64,000 nt of DNA from a virus. Under the pieces are notes generated by a model. The model was given only the letters and a program-made list of their open reading frames with translations, was not told the DNA's origin and made no database searches. Both the position numbers and the translations under genes were made by a program. Position 1 is the first letter of the stretch. Each line of letters starts with the position of its first letter. The stretch is from IMG/VR virus record IMGVR_UViG_3300012662_000001, positions 32,001-96,000 of that record; one strand, 5' to 3'. Below are positions 42,500 through 53,411 of the stretch, piece by piece.

Positions 42500-44134
42500 A
42501 TGGCGACAAGTGTTTATTTCAACGGTAAGATGAGAACACTCCCTGGAGTGTACTCCACCATCACTTCCGGAGATAACACCCAGACCAGAACTCTTGACTA
42601 TGGTACGGTGCTCCTCATAGACACTGGAGTTTTTGGTAGCGGTTGGGGCGGTGGCTCCGGCGTGAATGGTGTTGACAAGCAGGGGAAGGATGCCGTCTAC
42701 GAGTTTGATGACTTGCAGACATTTAGAGACTTTGTCAAGGGTGGTATGTACTGGAAAGCGGCTGAGGCTCTTTTTACTCCAGACCCTTATAATCAGGATG
42801 CGGCTGGTATCAGCAGACTTTTGTTTGCTCGTGCCTGTACGACAATTCCTGCGAAGATGGAACTTGCTTCTGGAAGCAGTAAGTTCGTTGTCAGGACAAT
42901 TGATGAGGGCTTGAATGCCAACGGTGTTCTTGACGGTGAATATCTGAAGTTCGGTTATGCCTATACGATAGAGCAGGGGGTTGATGATGAATCAACCTTT
43001 GTGGTGAAGTTTTGGAGAGGAACCTATACAGGTGACTATATTGACCCTGTGACAGGTGTGACACTTTCCTATGATGAGCTTACTATTGCACAGGCCGAGC
43101 CGTTGCTTATCTGTCAGTCTCCTGAAGTTAAAACGATTCAGGATTTGATTGCGTGGGCGAATGTTGATGAGAATTTTGGTGCAAGATTTGTTTTGGACGC
43201 TGATTCTCGTTATACGGATGGTGATTCCATTACTAATCCAACGTTGAACACCTATGTTCTGGCTGATGGTGGCACGGAGGACTATAAGACAACTGATCTT
43301 GATGATCTTCTTAATGCTATTCCTGACGTTGACTACAATATTGTGTTCACGGATCAGGTTGAGACCAATGCCAATTCCGCCAAGCAGAAGAAAGTGATTG
43401 CTCATCGTAATACACAGGCGAAGTTTGACAAGTTCGTCTACGTTGGTGCATACAGCACAAAGGCAAGATTTAATGATTCCTTGAATGTCGCCAAGTCACT
43501 GAATAGTCAGTGGATTGTTGCCGTTCACGGTGGTGTTGCCACGGCTTCTGACGCCACGGCATCAGGATTTAGGTGGTGGACAGTGTTCTACAATCTGTGT
43601 CAGATTGTCGGTAGAGTGTCTGGAAAACCACCTTATATTCCAGTGACGAACAAGACTATTGGCGGTGACAAACTTCAGCACATTCCTACCGAGAAGGAAA
43701 TGGAGAAGGCTCTTAAGTTTGGTCTTGTGGTTGTTTACCCTAATCCATATCTTCAGAGGTTTGTGGTTCTTCAGGGTGTCACCACTCTTCAGGACAATAC
43801 GTTGCTTTTTAATAAAAAGGGTGCGTCATTTAGCATTCAGTTTATGCGTATCATTGCACAGCTGAACAAGGAGTGTGTTGTGAACGCTTCCATTGACCTC
43901 CTCGGGGATGAAAACGGTGTGAACATCAATACCCTGTCAAAGGGTGCTCTTGAGACCTGGACAGCCAACTTCCTTCAGACAAGGGTGGCCACGGATCAGC
44001 AGGACAATCTGATTCAGAGGTTTCAGAACGTTGTTGCCAAGAGGGTGGATGACTGTTACTATGTTTCCTATGAGGTGGTTCTCAATAATGAGGTGACGAA
44101 GATATTCTTTACGGGATTCCTTCTCAGAAATTAA
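42500..44134 (+). CDS. contractile tail sheath protein
   Basis: 544 aa, followed by a 162-aa tube-sized gene, two chaperone-sized genes and a tape measure gene. This is the canonical myovirus order. Confidence 0.7.
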   Translation: MATSVYFNGKMRTLPGVYSTITSGDNTQTRTLDYGTVLLIDTGVFGSGWGGGSGVNGVDKQGKDAVYEFDDLQTFRDFVKGGMYWKAAEALFTPDPYNQDAAGISRLLFARACTTIPAKMELASGSSKFVVRTIDEGLNANGVLDGEYLKFGYAYTIEQGVDDESTFVVKFWRGTYTGDYIDPVTGVTLSYDELTIAQAEPLLICQSPEVKTIQDLIAWANVDENFGARFVLDADSRYTDGDSITNPTLNTYVLADGGTEDYKTTDLDDLLNAIPDVDYNIVFTDQVETNANSAKQKKVIAHRNTQAKFDKFVYVGAYSTKARFNDSLNVAKSLNSQWIVAVHGGVATASDATASGFRWWTVFYNLCQIVGRVSGKPPYIPVTNKTIGGDKLQHIPTEKEMEKALKFGLVVVYPNPYLQRFVVLQGVTTLQDNTLLFNKKGASFSIQFMRIIAQLNKECVVNASIDLLGDENGVNINTLSKGALETWTANFLQTRVATDQQDNLIQRFQNVVAKRVDDCYYVSYEVVLNNEVTKIFFTGFLLRN

Positions 44135-44151
44135 TTAAATGAGAGAATATT

Positions 44152-44640
44152 ATGACTAAAGGAAAAGTTTTTACGGCTCCAAAGGCGTTTATCAAGATAG
44201 ATAATCAGGTTGCGGGATATGTCCGCAACCTGACATTCTCAGAGAACGTTCAGAGAGCCAATGTTCAGGGTCTTGGCAGTTTAACCTATCAGGAGGCTCC
44301 GCCTGTTGTCTATACCTGTAATTGGCAGGTTGATCAGTATTTCATCTCCTTTGACACTCCTGTGATGAAGAAGATGTTGAAGAAGTTTGGTACTATCGCT
44401 GAAATCAAGAATAGTCTGGTTCTTGGTGATATCGCCTTTGACATTACTGTCTATTCCAAGACTGTTCAGTCAGAGGATCAGCAGACCAAACTCGTGACAG
44501 AGGTTGACAACACAGGTCAGACGATAGCTCGTCTTCAGGGGTGCTTGCTGAATTCACAGTCCTTTCAGCTTTCTGAGGCAGGGCTTGCAGGTGTGAATAT
44601 TCAGGGTATCTATCTGGAGCCGATTTCTATGGCGAAATAA
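44152..44640 (+). CDS. tail tube protein
   Basis: 162 aa, immediately after the sheath gene. Confidence 0.65.
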   Translation: MTKGKVFTAPKAFIKIDNQVAGYVRNLTFSENVQRANVQGLGSLTYQEAPPVVYTCNWQVDQYFISFDTPVMKKMLKKFGTIAEIKNSLVLGDIAFDITVYSKTVQSEDQQTKLVTEVDNTGQTIARLQGCLLNSQSFQLSEAGLAGVNIQGIYLEPISMAK

Positions 44641-44664
44641 CGTTGTAAAAAGAAAAAATTGATT

Positions 44665-45024
44665 ATGTTGCAGGAGGAAGTAAAATTTGTCGTTAAAGGG
44701 CACGAATACACGGTTAAGTTTCCTACCGTGGGTCAGTATTATAGCATTGAAGCATTGAAGCAGTCTCTTGGTCGGGGGAACTATAATATGATGGTTCAGA
44801 GTCCGCTTCGCAGTGTGCAGGATGCGTTGGATATGATTGATATTGAAGCGACCCTTACGATAATGTGTCCAGACCTTATTAAGGATTTGAAAGTGCCGAT
44901 TACGGAGCTTGATATTCGGGATTATCTTGATGTCAAGTCTGCCTATTTGAAGCAGGTTGCACCGTTCTTTAAGTCGGTGAATGATGCTTTGCACGGTATA
45001 ACGGATTCTGAAAATGTAGGGTAA
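44665..45024 (+). CDS. tail assembly chaperone candidate
   Basis: The track ORF starts at TTG 44659; the ATG is 44665. It lies between the tube and tape measure genes. Confidence 0.5.
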   Translation: MLQEEVKFVVKGHEYTVKFPTVGQYYSIEALKQSLGRGNYNMMVQSPLRSVQDALDMIDIEATLTIMCPDLIKDLKVPITELDIRDYLDVKSAYLKQVAPFFKSVNDALHGITDSENVG

Positions 45025-45025
45025 T

Positions 45026-45343
45026 ATGGAGCGTTCCGAACTGGAACAGGCAGTTGTCAGTTGGAATAATCGATTCCCTCTGGACAGGTGGTGGCGTAAC
45101 AAGCACGAAGTCGCATTTATGTCCCCTGTTCATAGGGAATCTTCCTTCTTATATCAGTTGTTTGAGTTTGAGGAGGATAAATTGTTTTCCAAGGCGGTTG
45201 TTGATGCAGTTACTACAACGAACAAGGAAATGTATGTTCCTGGGAGTGGTGACATATTTAAGACTCCAGCCACTATGGAGGACTTCACGAAGGAAGCACA
45301 GAGGGAGATTGATGAAATGTTAAAGATGGAAGAAAATGGCTGA
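45026..45343 (+). CDS. tail assembly chaperone candidate or hypothetical protein
   Basis: 105-aa ORF with its own ATG. It overlaps the tape measure start. Confidence 0.45.
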   Translation: MERSELEQAVVSWNNRFPLDRWWRNKHEVAFMSPVHRESSFLYQLFEFEEDKLFSKAVVDAVTTTNKEMYVPGSGDIFKTPATMEDFTKEAQREIDEMLKMEENG

Positions 45344-47510
45344 TAAACAGATTAGAGTGACTACTGATACTTCTGGTATTGAGCGATTTAGGTCAGAAGT
45401 GAATAGTCTGTATAGGGATCTTGAAAAGATTCATCAAAGTCAGGAGCGAATCACAGGTCAGGATGCTGATAGGATATATCGGCAGTTTAATGATTTGACG
45501 CATTCCTATAATGAAGTTGGTGCAGGTAATGATCAACAGGCTAATGGTGATTATTTTAATCTAACTCGGTTGTATTATCAGAATAATTATCATCGAGTGA
45601 TTGAAGGACAGCGAAATCAGTATCTTGCACAGCAAAGGGATCAACAACTTAATAATCAACGTAGAATTGATAATCCTGAAGTTTCTGAGAATGATTCTAA
45701 TTCACGAAAGTCTATTCTTGAACAGATTCGTGATACATTGAACAAGATGTTCAATAAGAATCAGACTGTTGGTGGAAAACCCTTACAGTCAAGAGACGGT
45801 CAACGAGGTGAAGAAAGCAATGATGGTGATGAAGAAAGTGGTTCAATTCTAAGACCTGATGTTCAAGGTGGTTTACAGTCGATTGCTTCTGGAGATTTTG
45901 TTGGCGGTCTTGGAAAACTGATGGGACTGGCCGGACTTGGTATTGCTGGAGCTGGATTAGTCAAGGCTTTTCAGGATGTGTATCGTTCACAGACGAATGT
46001 TTATAGAGCAGGGTCTTCCATCGAACGAGAACTTGAGCGTTTGGATGTCTGGAGTTGGCTTCCATTCAGTAGTAGAGGCCGAAATGTAGAGACTACTCGT
46101 GAAAATCTTACTGCCTACTGGAACAATCGTGGTGCTCAATATCAGACAGCCTTGATGAATGGCACTGGTATTGATGAAGCCTTTAATTATCAGATAAGAG
46201 GTTCCAAGGTTCTTGGTAAGGATGACGGTAATCCAGAATATTCTCGTGCTATGTCAAAGGCTATTCAATTGGCTGGATCTATTGGTGCTGGAGGAGCCGC
46301 TGTGGGTACAGCAATAGCCCCTGGAATAGGTACAGCGATAGGTGGTGGAATTGGTGCTTTTGCTGGATTTTTAGGGGGTGCTGGATTAGGAGCCTGGAAT
46401 GAATATATGAGTCATAATGTTCCTGAAATGGAAGTTCATAATAGAGGTTCCATTGTTCTTGGAAAGAATATTTCTGAGATGGCTTCTGATCTCTATGATT
46501 ATAGAAGAGCCGCTGTGTCATCAAGAAATGCTGATAATGAATCCATTTGGCAGACAATGCTTGCTGAAAAGACTTATGGACTGGATAAAGGTACTTTATC
46601 AGGTGTATATGCAGCCAATAGATATCAGAATGGTTCGTTAAGTGCTGATAAGGTTGCTGGAGGATTGCTTGCGTCATTACAGAGGCAGACAAGCGATCCT
46701 TTTGAAAGGTCAGTTCGGCTTCAGGAGGATCTTGGCACATACACACAAGTGGCGAATTCCATTATTGGACAGACAGGTGCATTTGATTCAGAGGAATTGC
46801 GTAATATCATTCAGGGGTTGACTGCCAGAGGTGTTCAAGGGCAGAATCTCTCCTCTATGGCGCAATCTTTTGCAGGTAATACAATGTCGGGTTCTCAGAT
46901 GTCTCGTGCCTTGATTATGCAGGCCGCCACTATGTCTGGAAAGGGTGGTTCGTTGCTTGACTTACAGGCTGAATTGGAGCATCCAGAGGGAGCGACAATG
47001 AAGACCTTGATAAATAATCTCTGGAATATGTCTGGTGGTAATAAGGACTTCTTTGAGACAACACTTTCATCCACACTTGGTATAAGCGCTTCCAGATTAA
47101 GAAATGCCAAACGTGATGCAGCCAAGAATGGAATGAATTTCCTATATGATAAGAATGGAAATCTGGATATAGATTCTATCTATAGCAGTGGTATTTTAGG
47201 AAAGGAATTTTCTGAGGATGAAGCGGCTGCAATGGTGACAGATCAGGAGAGAAGCGAAGCAGGAACAGCCAATAGAAATATTATTGCAGGTAAGATGCAG
47301 CAAGATGCCTATCAGCGTGGTGATGAAGATTGGTTTAAGTCTTTTAAGCAGATAGAGAAGAATCTGGATACATTGCTTCAGATGGTGAATAGTGGTGTTG
47401 ATGTTAATATAAAGAGTGTGTCTGCCAGAGCAGCAGGTCAAGGAGGAACAACAAGTTATGTTAGTGGTAGAGGGTCTTCAGGTTATTCTGCAGGAGGTGG
47501 TGGTAGATAA
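45336..47510 (+). CDS. tail tape measure protein
   Basis: 724 aa with a Gln/Asn-rich helical N-terminus and a Gly-rich hydrophobic block (GGAAVGTAIAPGIGTAIGGGIGAFAGFLGGAGLGAW). It sits after the chaperone-sized genes. Confidence 0.75.
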   Translation: MADKQIRVTTDTSGIERFRSEVNSLYRDLEKIHQSQERITGQDADRIYRQFNDLTHSYNEVGAGNDQQANGDYFNLTRLYYQNNYHRVIEGQRNQYLAQQRDQQLNNQRRIDNPEVSENDSNSRKSILEQIRDTLNKMFNKNQTVGGKPLQSRDGQRGEESNDGDEESGSILRPDVQGGLQSIASGDFVGGLGKLMGLAGLGIAGAGLVKAFQDVYRSQTNVYRAGSSIERELERLDVWSWLPFSSRGRNVETTRENLTAYWNNRGAQYQTALMNGTGIDEAFNYQIRGSKVLGKDDGNPEYSRAMSKAIQLAGSIGAGGAAVGTAIAPGIGTAIGGGIGAFAGFLGGAGLGAWNEYMSHNVPEMEVHNRGSIVLGKNISEMASDLYDYRRAAVSSRNADNESIWQTMLAEKTYGLDKGTLSGVYAANRYQNGSLSADKVAGGLLASLQRQTSDPFERSVRLQEDLGTYTQVANSIIGQTGAFDSEELRNIIQGLTARGVQGQNLSSMAQSFAGNTMSGSQMSRALIMQAATMSGKGGSLLDLQAELEHPEGATMKTLINNLWNMSGGNKDFFETTLSSTLGISASRLRNAKRDAAKNGMNFLYDKNGNLDIDSIYSSGILGKEFSEDEAAAMVTDQERSEAGTANRNIIAGKMQQDAYQRGDEDWFKSFKQIEKNLDTLLQMVNSGVDVNIKSVSARAAGQGGTTSYVSGRGSSGYSAGGGGR

Positions 47511-47523
47511 TTGTAAGTAAGTT

Positions 47524-50241
47524 ATGGGTGATATAAGTAAGAATTATTCCTATGCCGAGTTTTCACGGTCTGGGACAGCGGCGAAAAAGGGGTGGGACAA
47601 TTCCATTCCGGAACAGTATAGGACAAACATTCAAAGGCTTTGTACGACCACTTTACAACCTATAAATGATGCAACAGGGTGGATTAATATAATTACCTCG
47701 GGATATAGGTCAAAGCAGTTGAATAAGGAAGTTGGTGGAGTGGATTCGTCTCATCATCTAACAGGTTGTGCAGCTGACTGTAATTTCTATAAGGTTACTA
47801 ATGGTAAGAGGGAACGAGTTGACTGTAAGACAGTGATGGACAAGGTTAAGAAACTTGGTGTTCCCTACACTCAGATGATTCCGTATAATGAGAAAGGCTT
47901 CGTTCATATTTCCTATACTGGAACCCCGACGAAGAAAGTGAAGATGGAGGATTCATCTGACGGTGCTGATATTCAGGTGGAGTATCCTGTGAATGAAGTT
48001 ATAGGGCAATATTGTCTTTATACAACACAAAAGACAGATGATGTTGATGAACAGGGAAATATTATACTTGAGAAACTTAACGAAGCATTAAAGAAACTTG
48101 GATTTACCTTTGGTGATGATGGCAAACCGAATGAGGATTGGTTAAAGTTTACCGACGGTAATCAGACGAATCTGGAACGTATTGTGGAGATGTTTTCTCC
48201 TACAGAAAAGGTTAAGTACAAGGACAATATTGAGAATGGTAGAGTGCCTTATGTTAAGGTCGGGACACGATTGTTGGTTAAGTCATCGGAATTGGAAGCT
48301 CAGAGGGTGAAGTTTGAGAACTCCAATGTATTTGAGGTTCCTGACAAGACGGCTGTGATGTACTGGACTGATAACATAAAGAAGATAACAAGTGATTCTT
48401 TATATCAGTCTGTGTGGAAGAATCCACTTGGCAATGTTGTGGTTCAACAGAAGAATCTTAATGCTAAGATTTGGGTCTGGAGCAGGGCATTTGGGCGGCT
48501 TGTGGACATATCCCCTTATGTGCTGTCCGTTTCTACAAATAAGAGTAATTTTAACGGTTCATTTTCTATTCAGGTTAATCCTGTTAAAGTAGCCAGAAAT
48601 GTCCGTGGGTTTAACTATAATGAGGTGAATCAGTTTAATGCTGACACTGAACTTGGTGGAAATGATAGTGATGTTGATACTGATAAGGCTAAAGGATATT
48701 CCAAGACGCTTGATTGGTTCAGTGTGTTTATGCAGCAGAATGATATGGTCTGGCTTCGTTTTGAGGAACTTCAGATGGAGGAGAAATATCAGGTTGATGA
48801 AAATGATTCACTTGTTAAGGCAAGCACTGATTTGACGAGTTCTCTTATTTGGGATATGATAGGCTTTGTGGATAATGTTACAAGTAGTGTAAACTATGAT
48901 GGCAATGCCTATTCTATATCTATAGAGGGGAGGGATTTTTCGAAATTATTTGAGGATGACGGTATAAGTTTTATTCCGTTTAATTCCATATTTGGCTCCG
49001 CTCATAATATGATGCTAATGACAAGTGATGAAAGCCCTTGGCTTCGCAGGAACGGCGATGGAATGATTGCCTTTGGAATGTATTTTCAGTCCATTAAGTC
49101 CAGTCTTGGGTTTATTTTTGAGAAGTGTTCTCAAATAGAGATGGTTCCGGATGGTCTCTTTCAGACTTGTGATAGATATTTGGATGCGGCTGACGAGGAA
49201 GCCTTTGATCCAAAGGGTGTCTGGAGACTGTTTAAGATATGGTGTGATGGACAACTTGATAATAGAATTTTTTATAATAATGCTCTTGTGAATCCTGATG
49301 GCAGTATAGCGGATTTTATTCGATCAACGTGCAAGGAGCCGTTTGTGGAGATACTTGGTGACACTTGGGGTGCAGGGTATGACCTGATAATTCGCAAGCC
49401 ACCGTTTGATAAGTCGTCTATTCAGACGATGTATTACGCCAAGAACAGTCAGGGTGCTTCTGCTGATTCCTATATTGACATTGCTGATGAGGACTTGTTT
49501 AGTTTTAATCTGTCATTTGATAATAGGGTTTATTCGTGGTATAAGATAGTTCCGGCTGATGGGCTTATTCCTGGACTGGATGCTAATACAGTGTCCATTA
49601 TTATTCCAGTGTTCTATCTGGATGCCTATGTTAAGGTCTTTGGAAATAAGCGGTGCATTGTGCAGGATCCGTATGTACTTTCTGCCTATCTTGGTGGTAA
49701 TAAGTCTGAAAAGAAAACGAATTCATTGTTTACCACCTTGGCGGCTGATTACATTTATGCGATAGAGAGTACAGCGTATCTTCCATTTACTCGTAAAGGA
49801 ACGATAACCATTAACGGTGATAGGCGTATTAAAGTTGGAACATTTGTTCATCTTGAGGCCACTAATGAGATATTTTACGTTACAGGAGTGCAACAGAGTG
49901 TTTCATTTAGTGAATCCAGTTTGGAGAGGCAGACAGTGCTTACTGTTGAACGAGGAATGGTGGTTGACTATATTACGAATGAGAAGTATAACTACTTTAA
50001 TATTGTGAATATAGATGGTCTTAAGGATGCACTTGAAAAAGCCTTGACCTCTGGTGTGGCTAATACGGAGTTTAATACTACGCTTACTCGTGAGGGTGAT
50101 GTGTTCAACTTTTTCTTAGGTCGTAGGCAATTTGTGAAGAATGTTAGGGAGACTTGGACACTTACTGGAGGAGTGTTTGAAGGAGAGGGAAATCTTGCTG
50201 CATTTGAGACGAATAAGATTTTGAGTGAAAAACAGAATTAA
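47524..50241 (+). CDS. tail/baseplate hub protein with an N-terminal M15-family (VanY-like) peptidoglycan peptidase domain
   Basis: SGYRSKQLNKEVGGVDSSHHLTGCAADC...GFVHISY fits the SxHxxGxAxD...H zinc-peptidase pattern. At 905 aa, it comes directly after the tape measure gene. Confidence 0.7.
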   Translation: MGDISKNYSYAEFSRSGTAAKKGWDNSIPEQYRTNIQRLCTTTLQPINDATGWINIITSGYRSKQLNKEVGGVDSSHHLTGCAADCNFYKVTNGKRERVDCKTVMDKVKKLGVPYTQMIPYNEKGFVHISYTGTPTKKVKMEDSSDGADIQVEYPVNEVIGQYCLYTTQKTDDVDEQGNIILEKLNEALKKLGFTFGDDGKPNEDWLKFTDGNQTNLERIVEMFSPTEKVKYKDNIENGRVPYVKVGTRLLVKSSELEAQRVKFENSNVFEVPDKTAVMYWTDNIKKITSDSLYQSVWKNPLGNVVVQQKNLNAKIWVWSRAFGRLVDISPYVLSVSTNKSNFNGSFSIQVNPVKVARNVRGFNYNEVNQFNADTELGGNDSDVDTDKAKGYSKTLDWFSVFMQQNDMVWLRFEELQMEEKYQVDENDSLVKASTDLTSSLIWDMIGFVDNVTSSVNYDGNAYSISIEGRDFSKLFEDDGISFIPFNSIFGSAHNMMLMTSDESPWLRRNGDGMIAFGMYFQSIKSSLGFIFEKCSQIEMVPDGLFQTCDRYLDAADEEAFDPKGVWRLFKIWCDGQLDNRIFYNNALVNPDGSIADFIRSTCKEPFVEILGDTWGAGYDLIIRKPPFDKSSIQTMYYAKNSQGASADSYIDIADEDLFSFNLSFDNRVYSWYKIVPADGLIPGLDANTVSIIIPVFYLDAYVKVFGNKRCIVQDPYVLSAYLGGNKSEKKTNSLFTTLAADYIYAIESTAYLPFTRKGTITINGDRRIKVGTFVHLEATNEIFYVTGVQQSVSFSESSLERQTVLTVERGMVVDYITNEKYNYFNIVNIDGLKDALEKALTSGVANTEFNTTLTREGDVFNFFLGRRQFVKNVRETWTLTGGVFEGEGNLAAFETNKILSEKQN

Positions 50242-50242
50242 T

Positions 50243-51394
50243 ATGGGAATGTTCGATCAGGAGATATATGTTGACATTTCTGGTTATAAGGAGGGGATCA
50301 CACCTGTTACGGTTGACTTGGGAGGTCAGAGTGTGGGGCTTGCTCGTGTGATTGTTCCATCAGGGGTTGATAGAGACCAGTATGTTGCGGACTGTTATCG
50401 TACAGGCAGAATCGACCTCTATGATGAAAGTCAGGGGACATATCTGAAGCAGTGTTATGTCACTAATGAGGTTCTTGCCAATCTAAAGTTTCCAAGAGGT
50501 GTTGGTGATATTGGAGACCCTGTTGTGTGGGTGGCACAGCCTACTATATTCAACAGGCCTATGGTTGTGGGGACGTTTCCAAGCGGTGATAGGATGCGCC
50601 TTGGTACTGATCAGACAATTGAGGTTCACAAGGAATGGGACAAGGGGTATGTTGATGTTACGGCTGACGCCAAGGACGGTTCCCTGAATGTGGTGGTTCA
50701 CGGTCAGGAGAAGAACGGTGGAACAGTGCGTGTTTCAGTGCTTGGTGATGAGAAGTCTATTCTTGAAGTGAAGTCTGACGGCCTTGTGTCAGTTGAATCC
50801 GGAAAGGAACTTTGTGTGCGTTCCTATGAAAGGATAGATTTACAGTTGGAGAATCCAAAGAATCTGGATCAGACAGGTGTTGTGGTTACGAAGGATGGTG
50901 TTGATATTGCGGCCAACTATTCCGTGGATGAGGAGGATTCTGAAAAGGTGAACTACACCAAGGTTCACGTTGACAAGGATGGTATGTCCTGTGAGGAGTA
51001 CTTTTGTGAGGATGATGATGCAACGAAGTATAATGTTGACATTAATAAGGAGAGTTTTACGGCAAAATCAGCGATTAAGGGTGATGAAGTGCAGTTTACT
51101 CACACAATCACTGATGAGGAATACAGAATCGAATTTAAGGACGTTATTTTCTCACTAAAGGAGAAACTTGCAGTTCTCCAGCAGGGTGAGAACACCAAGA
51201 TAGAATTGAAGGACGGCAAGGTTGCCATAATTAATTCCGGAACTGGAATGAATGACATTCTTTCCTTGCTTGTTGACACGATAGAGAAATTGACAGTGGC
51301 AACCTCTATGGGGCCGAGTGGCACACCGCTTCCCCCTACAATTCAGGCGACGACACAGTTAAAACAGAAGTTGAATCAATTTTTTAACGAATAG
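50243..51394 (+). CDS. baseplate hub or central spike candidate
   Basis: The track ORF starts at GTG 50225; the ATG is 50243. The middle region is beta-rich and repetitive (VDVTADAKDGSLNVVVHGQEKNGGTVRVSVLGDEKSILEVKSDGLVSVESGKEL). Confidence 0.5.
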   Translation: MGMFDQEIYVDISGYKEGITPVTVDLGGQSVGLARVIVPSGVDRDQYVADCYRTGRIDLYDESQGTYLKQCYVTNEVLANLKFPRGVGDIGDPVVWVAQPTIFNRPMVVGTFPSGDRMRLGTDQTIEVHKEWDKGYVDVTADAKDGSLNVVVHGQEKNGGTVRVSVLGDEKSILEVKSDGLVSVESGKELCVRSYERIDLQLENPKNLDQTGVVVTKDGVDIAANYSVDEEDSEKVNYTKVHVDKDGMSCEEYFCEDDDATKYNVDINKESFTAKSAIKGDEVQFTHTITDEEYRIEFKDVIFSLKEKLAVLQQGENTKIELKDGKVAIINSGTGMNDILSLLVDTIEKLTVATSMGPSGTPLPPTIQATTQLKQKLNQFFNE

Positions 51395-51398
51395 AATT

Positions 51399-51620
51399 AT
51401 GGCACTTGTATCACAGAATCTGGCCACGCAGTTATATGGATTTTTTCAGAAGATGCGTAATGTCACTGAGGTTGATGATATGGCGATGGCGCAGGAATTT
51501 GCTAACATTATAGATGGATATATTAAGACAGCGCAGGTTGCTCCTGGAATCCCAGTGGCGACGGCAGGAACGGCAGCGGCTCAAACTGGAGCGACCACTG
51601 GGCCTGGAACTTTGATATAA
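51399..51620 (+). CDS. hypothetical small baseplate-module protein
   Basis: 73-aa ORF with an Ala/Gly/Thr-rich C-terminus. Confidence 0.5.
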   Translation: MALVSQNLATQLYGFFQKMRNVTEVDDMAMAQEFANIIDGYIKTAQVAPGIPVATAGTAAAQTGATTGPGTLI

Positions 51621-51625
51621 TTTTG

Positions 51626-51633
51626 TATCTTTG
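51626..51633 (+). promoter_or_regulatory. -7 box
   Basis: TATCTTTG lies 22 nt upstream of the ATG at 51655. Confidence 0.35.
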
Positions 51634-51654
51634 CGTAAAAGAATGAGGTGAATT

Positions 51655-52497
51655 ATGTCAGATGTGACGGAATATTTGCAGAATCGTGGAAACACTGTGA
51701 TAAATGAGGCGATTAGACTTACCAAGTCTATTGGCCTTCAAGCTGTTGCGACTGCAATGCCATATGAGTTTGAGTGGTATATGGTTGCCCTGGAACTTGC
51801 CACCGCTGACAATAAGACGATAGATTACCTCACCTTTCCTATAATGCCTAATTCACTTTCCAAGGTGGAGCAGAATCGTACTTCCATTAAGAAGTCCTTG
51901 AGTGGCGTGACTGTTTTGCAGAATTCAGCGCTTCCGCTTGGAGAGATTGTTCTTCAGGGGAATTTTGGACGTGGGTTTAAGAATCTTGTGGGTGTTAGCA
52001 ATGATATTTTTGGTGGTGCTCAAGCCTATAGTATGAAAGCAGGGAAGTATGATCTTTATTCTCTTCAGGAGGGTAGCGGTAATAAGATTCCAAAGGTTAA
52101 GACTTTCAATACCGCTGTTAAGACAGGGTATGGAGTTGTGAAAATGCTTCAGGCCATATTGAGTAAGAGTGTGGGGCACGATAATCAGGGTAGACCATTT
52201 CGTCTCTTCTTTTATAATATGGCATTTGGAGAGAGTTATCAAGTGGTTGTTCCCTCCAATGGTATGCGATTCTATCAGGATCTTTCTAACAATATGATAT
52301 GGAACTACGATTTGCGGCTTACTGTTGTGGCTCCTCTTGATGCCGTTGTTAAGGATTCGAGAAAGTGGAAACAACTTGCGGCTTCAGCTATTAAGGGGAG
52401 TGTGGATATCGTTAGTTCTGAGGTTAAGAATGTTGTTGGCGATCTTGGAGAAAAAGCAAGTATGAAGATTGATGACTGGACTAATATAGGAAGTTAA
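51655..52497 (+). CDS. baseplate-module protein
   Basis: 280-aa ORF. The call rests on position only. Confidence 0.5.
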   Translation: MSDVTEYLQNRGNTVINEAIRLTKSIGLQAVATAMPYEFEWYMVALELATADNKTIDYLTFPIMPNSLSKVEQNRTSIKKSLSGVTVLQNSALPLGEIVLQGNFGRGFKNLVGVSNDIFGGAQAYSMKAGKYDLYSLQEGSGNKIPKVKTFNTAVKTGYGVVKMLQAILSKSVGHDNQGRPFRLFFYNMAFGESYQVVVPSNGMRFYQDLSNNMIWNYDLRLTVVAPLDAVVKDSRKWKQLAASAIKGSVDIVSSEVKNVVGDLGEKASMKIDDWTNIGS

Positions 52498-53411
52498 TGA
52501 ATACAAAGGTTTTTGAAAGATTTCAGACTATCACAGGGTATGACATTAAATTATATCTTGAGAACTTTGTATTGTTCTGCCGAAATTCCTTTCCTACGAT
52601 TGTTCAATATTACAATGGACAGATAGTTGACACTAAAAAAGTGTTCAGCGAATTGGACTACCTCTTGACTCAGACGGAAACGATAGAATCTCTCTTTGTC
52701 TTGAAGGCTAATCAGATGGATACTATAGACTACTGGGAATTGCTGGATGTGTTTACAAATAGTCAGACAAAATTATGGACGATAGACAATTCTTCCAAAT
52801 GGTTTAGAAGTGCCATTATAGGTCGGTATGGGAACAACACTGTTGTTCAACGTACATTGAAGTCCAGGGAGACATTCGAGAATGTCATCAACTCACTTGG
52901 AATGACTGAATCTGATGATTCGTGGGTCGATATAGCGAGACCGAATCAGATTGAGGAGGAGGACTACACTCCCGATGAGGGCTCCTCTATGTTCAAGATT
53001 AATATAAAGACAAGTGGTGTGTCATTAATTGACAACATTGTTGATTCATTGAGTGAAAAGAGCATTCTTGGAAAGGATATTGATAAGAAGTTTACATTTT
53101 CGGGAAATGATTTGGCGACTGTTGAGTATGATGATGCTGTTCGACAGGCACTTGACACCATTCTTAATAGTATACAGGGTTCCATTCCGGAATTTCCGGA
53201 ATACGGCTTTGCTGACACGGCAATAGGTGTTTCAATGAAGGCTCTCTCCTATCCTACCATTATAAAGAATATGATGGATATGTTCAGCAGAGACGGTCGA
53301 TGGGATGAGGTGAATATTCTTGATTTATACGTTAAGGATGACAATGTGTTCTGTAAGATTAATGCACGGACTGTGACAAATAATTACATCATAACGAATG
53401 TTCAGATATGA
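52497..53411 (+). CDS. baseplate wedge protein with a gp25/GpW-like C-terminal region
   Basis: ILNSIQGSIPEFPEYGFADTAIG resembles the G..p..P.fG core of the GPW_gp25 family. It precedes a baseplate J-like gene. Confidence 0.55.
   Translation: MNTKVFERFQTITGYDIKLYLENFVLFCRNSFPTIVQYYNGQIVDTKKVFSELDYLLTQTETIESLFVLKANQMDTIDYWELLDVFTNSQTKLWTIDNSSKWFRSAIIGRYGNNTVVQRTLKSRETFENVINSLGMTESDDSWVDIARPNQIEEEDYTPDEGSSMFKINIKTSGVSLIDNIVDSLSEKSILGKDIDKKFTFSGNDLATVEYDDAVRQALDTILNSIQGSIPEFPEYGFADTAIGVSMKALSYPTIIKNMMDMFSRDGRWDEVNILDLYVKDDNVFCKINARTVTNNYIITNVQI

Noticed and set aside
45000-45330. A programmed -1 frameshift joining the chaperone-like gene 44665..45024 to the overlapping frame (track ORF 45054..45323), as in the G/GT genes of many tailed phages.
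   Set aside because: The -1 frame is open only from 45012. The 10 nt before the stop (ctgaaaatgtaggg) contain no X_XXY_YYZ slippery heptamer. The downstream ORF 45026..45343 has its own ATG and a plausible protein sequence.
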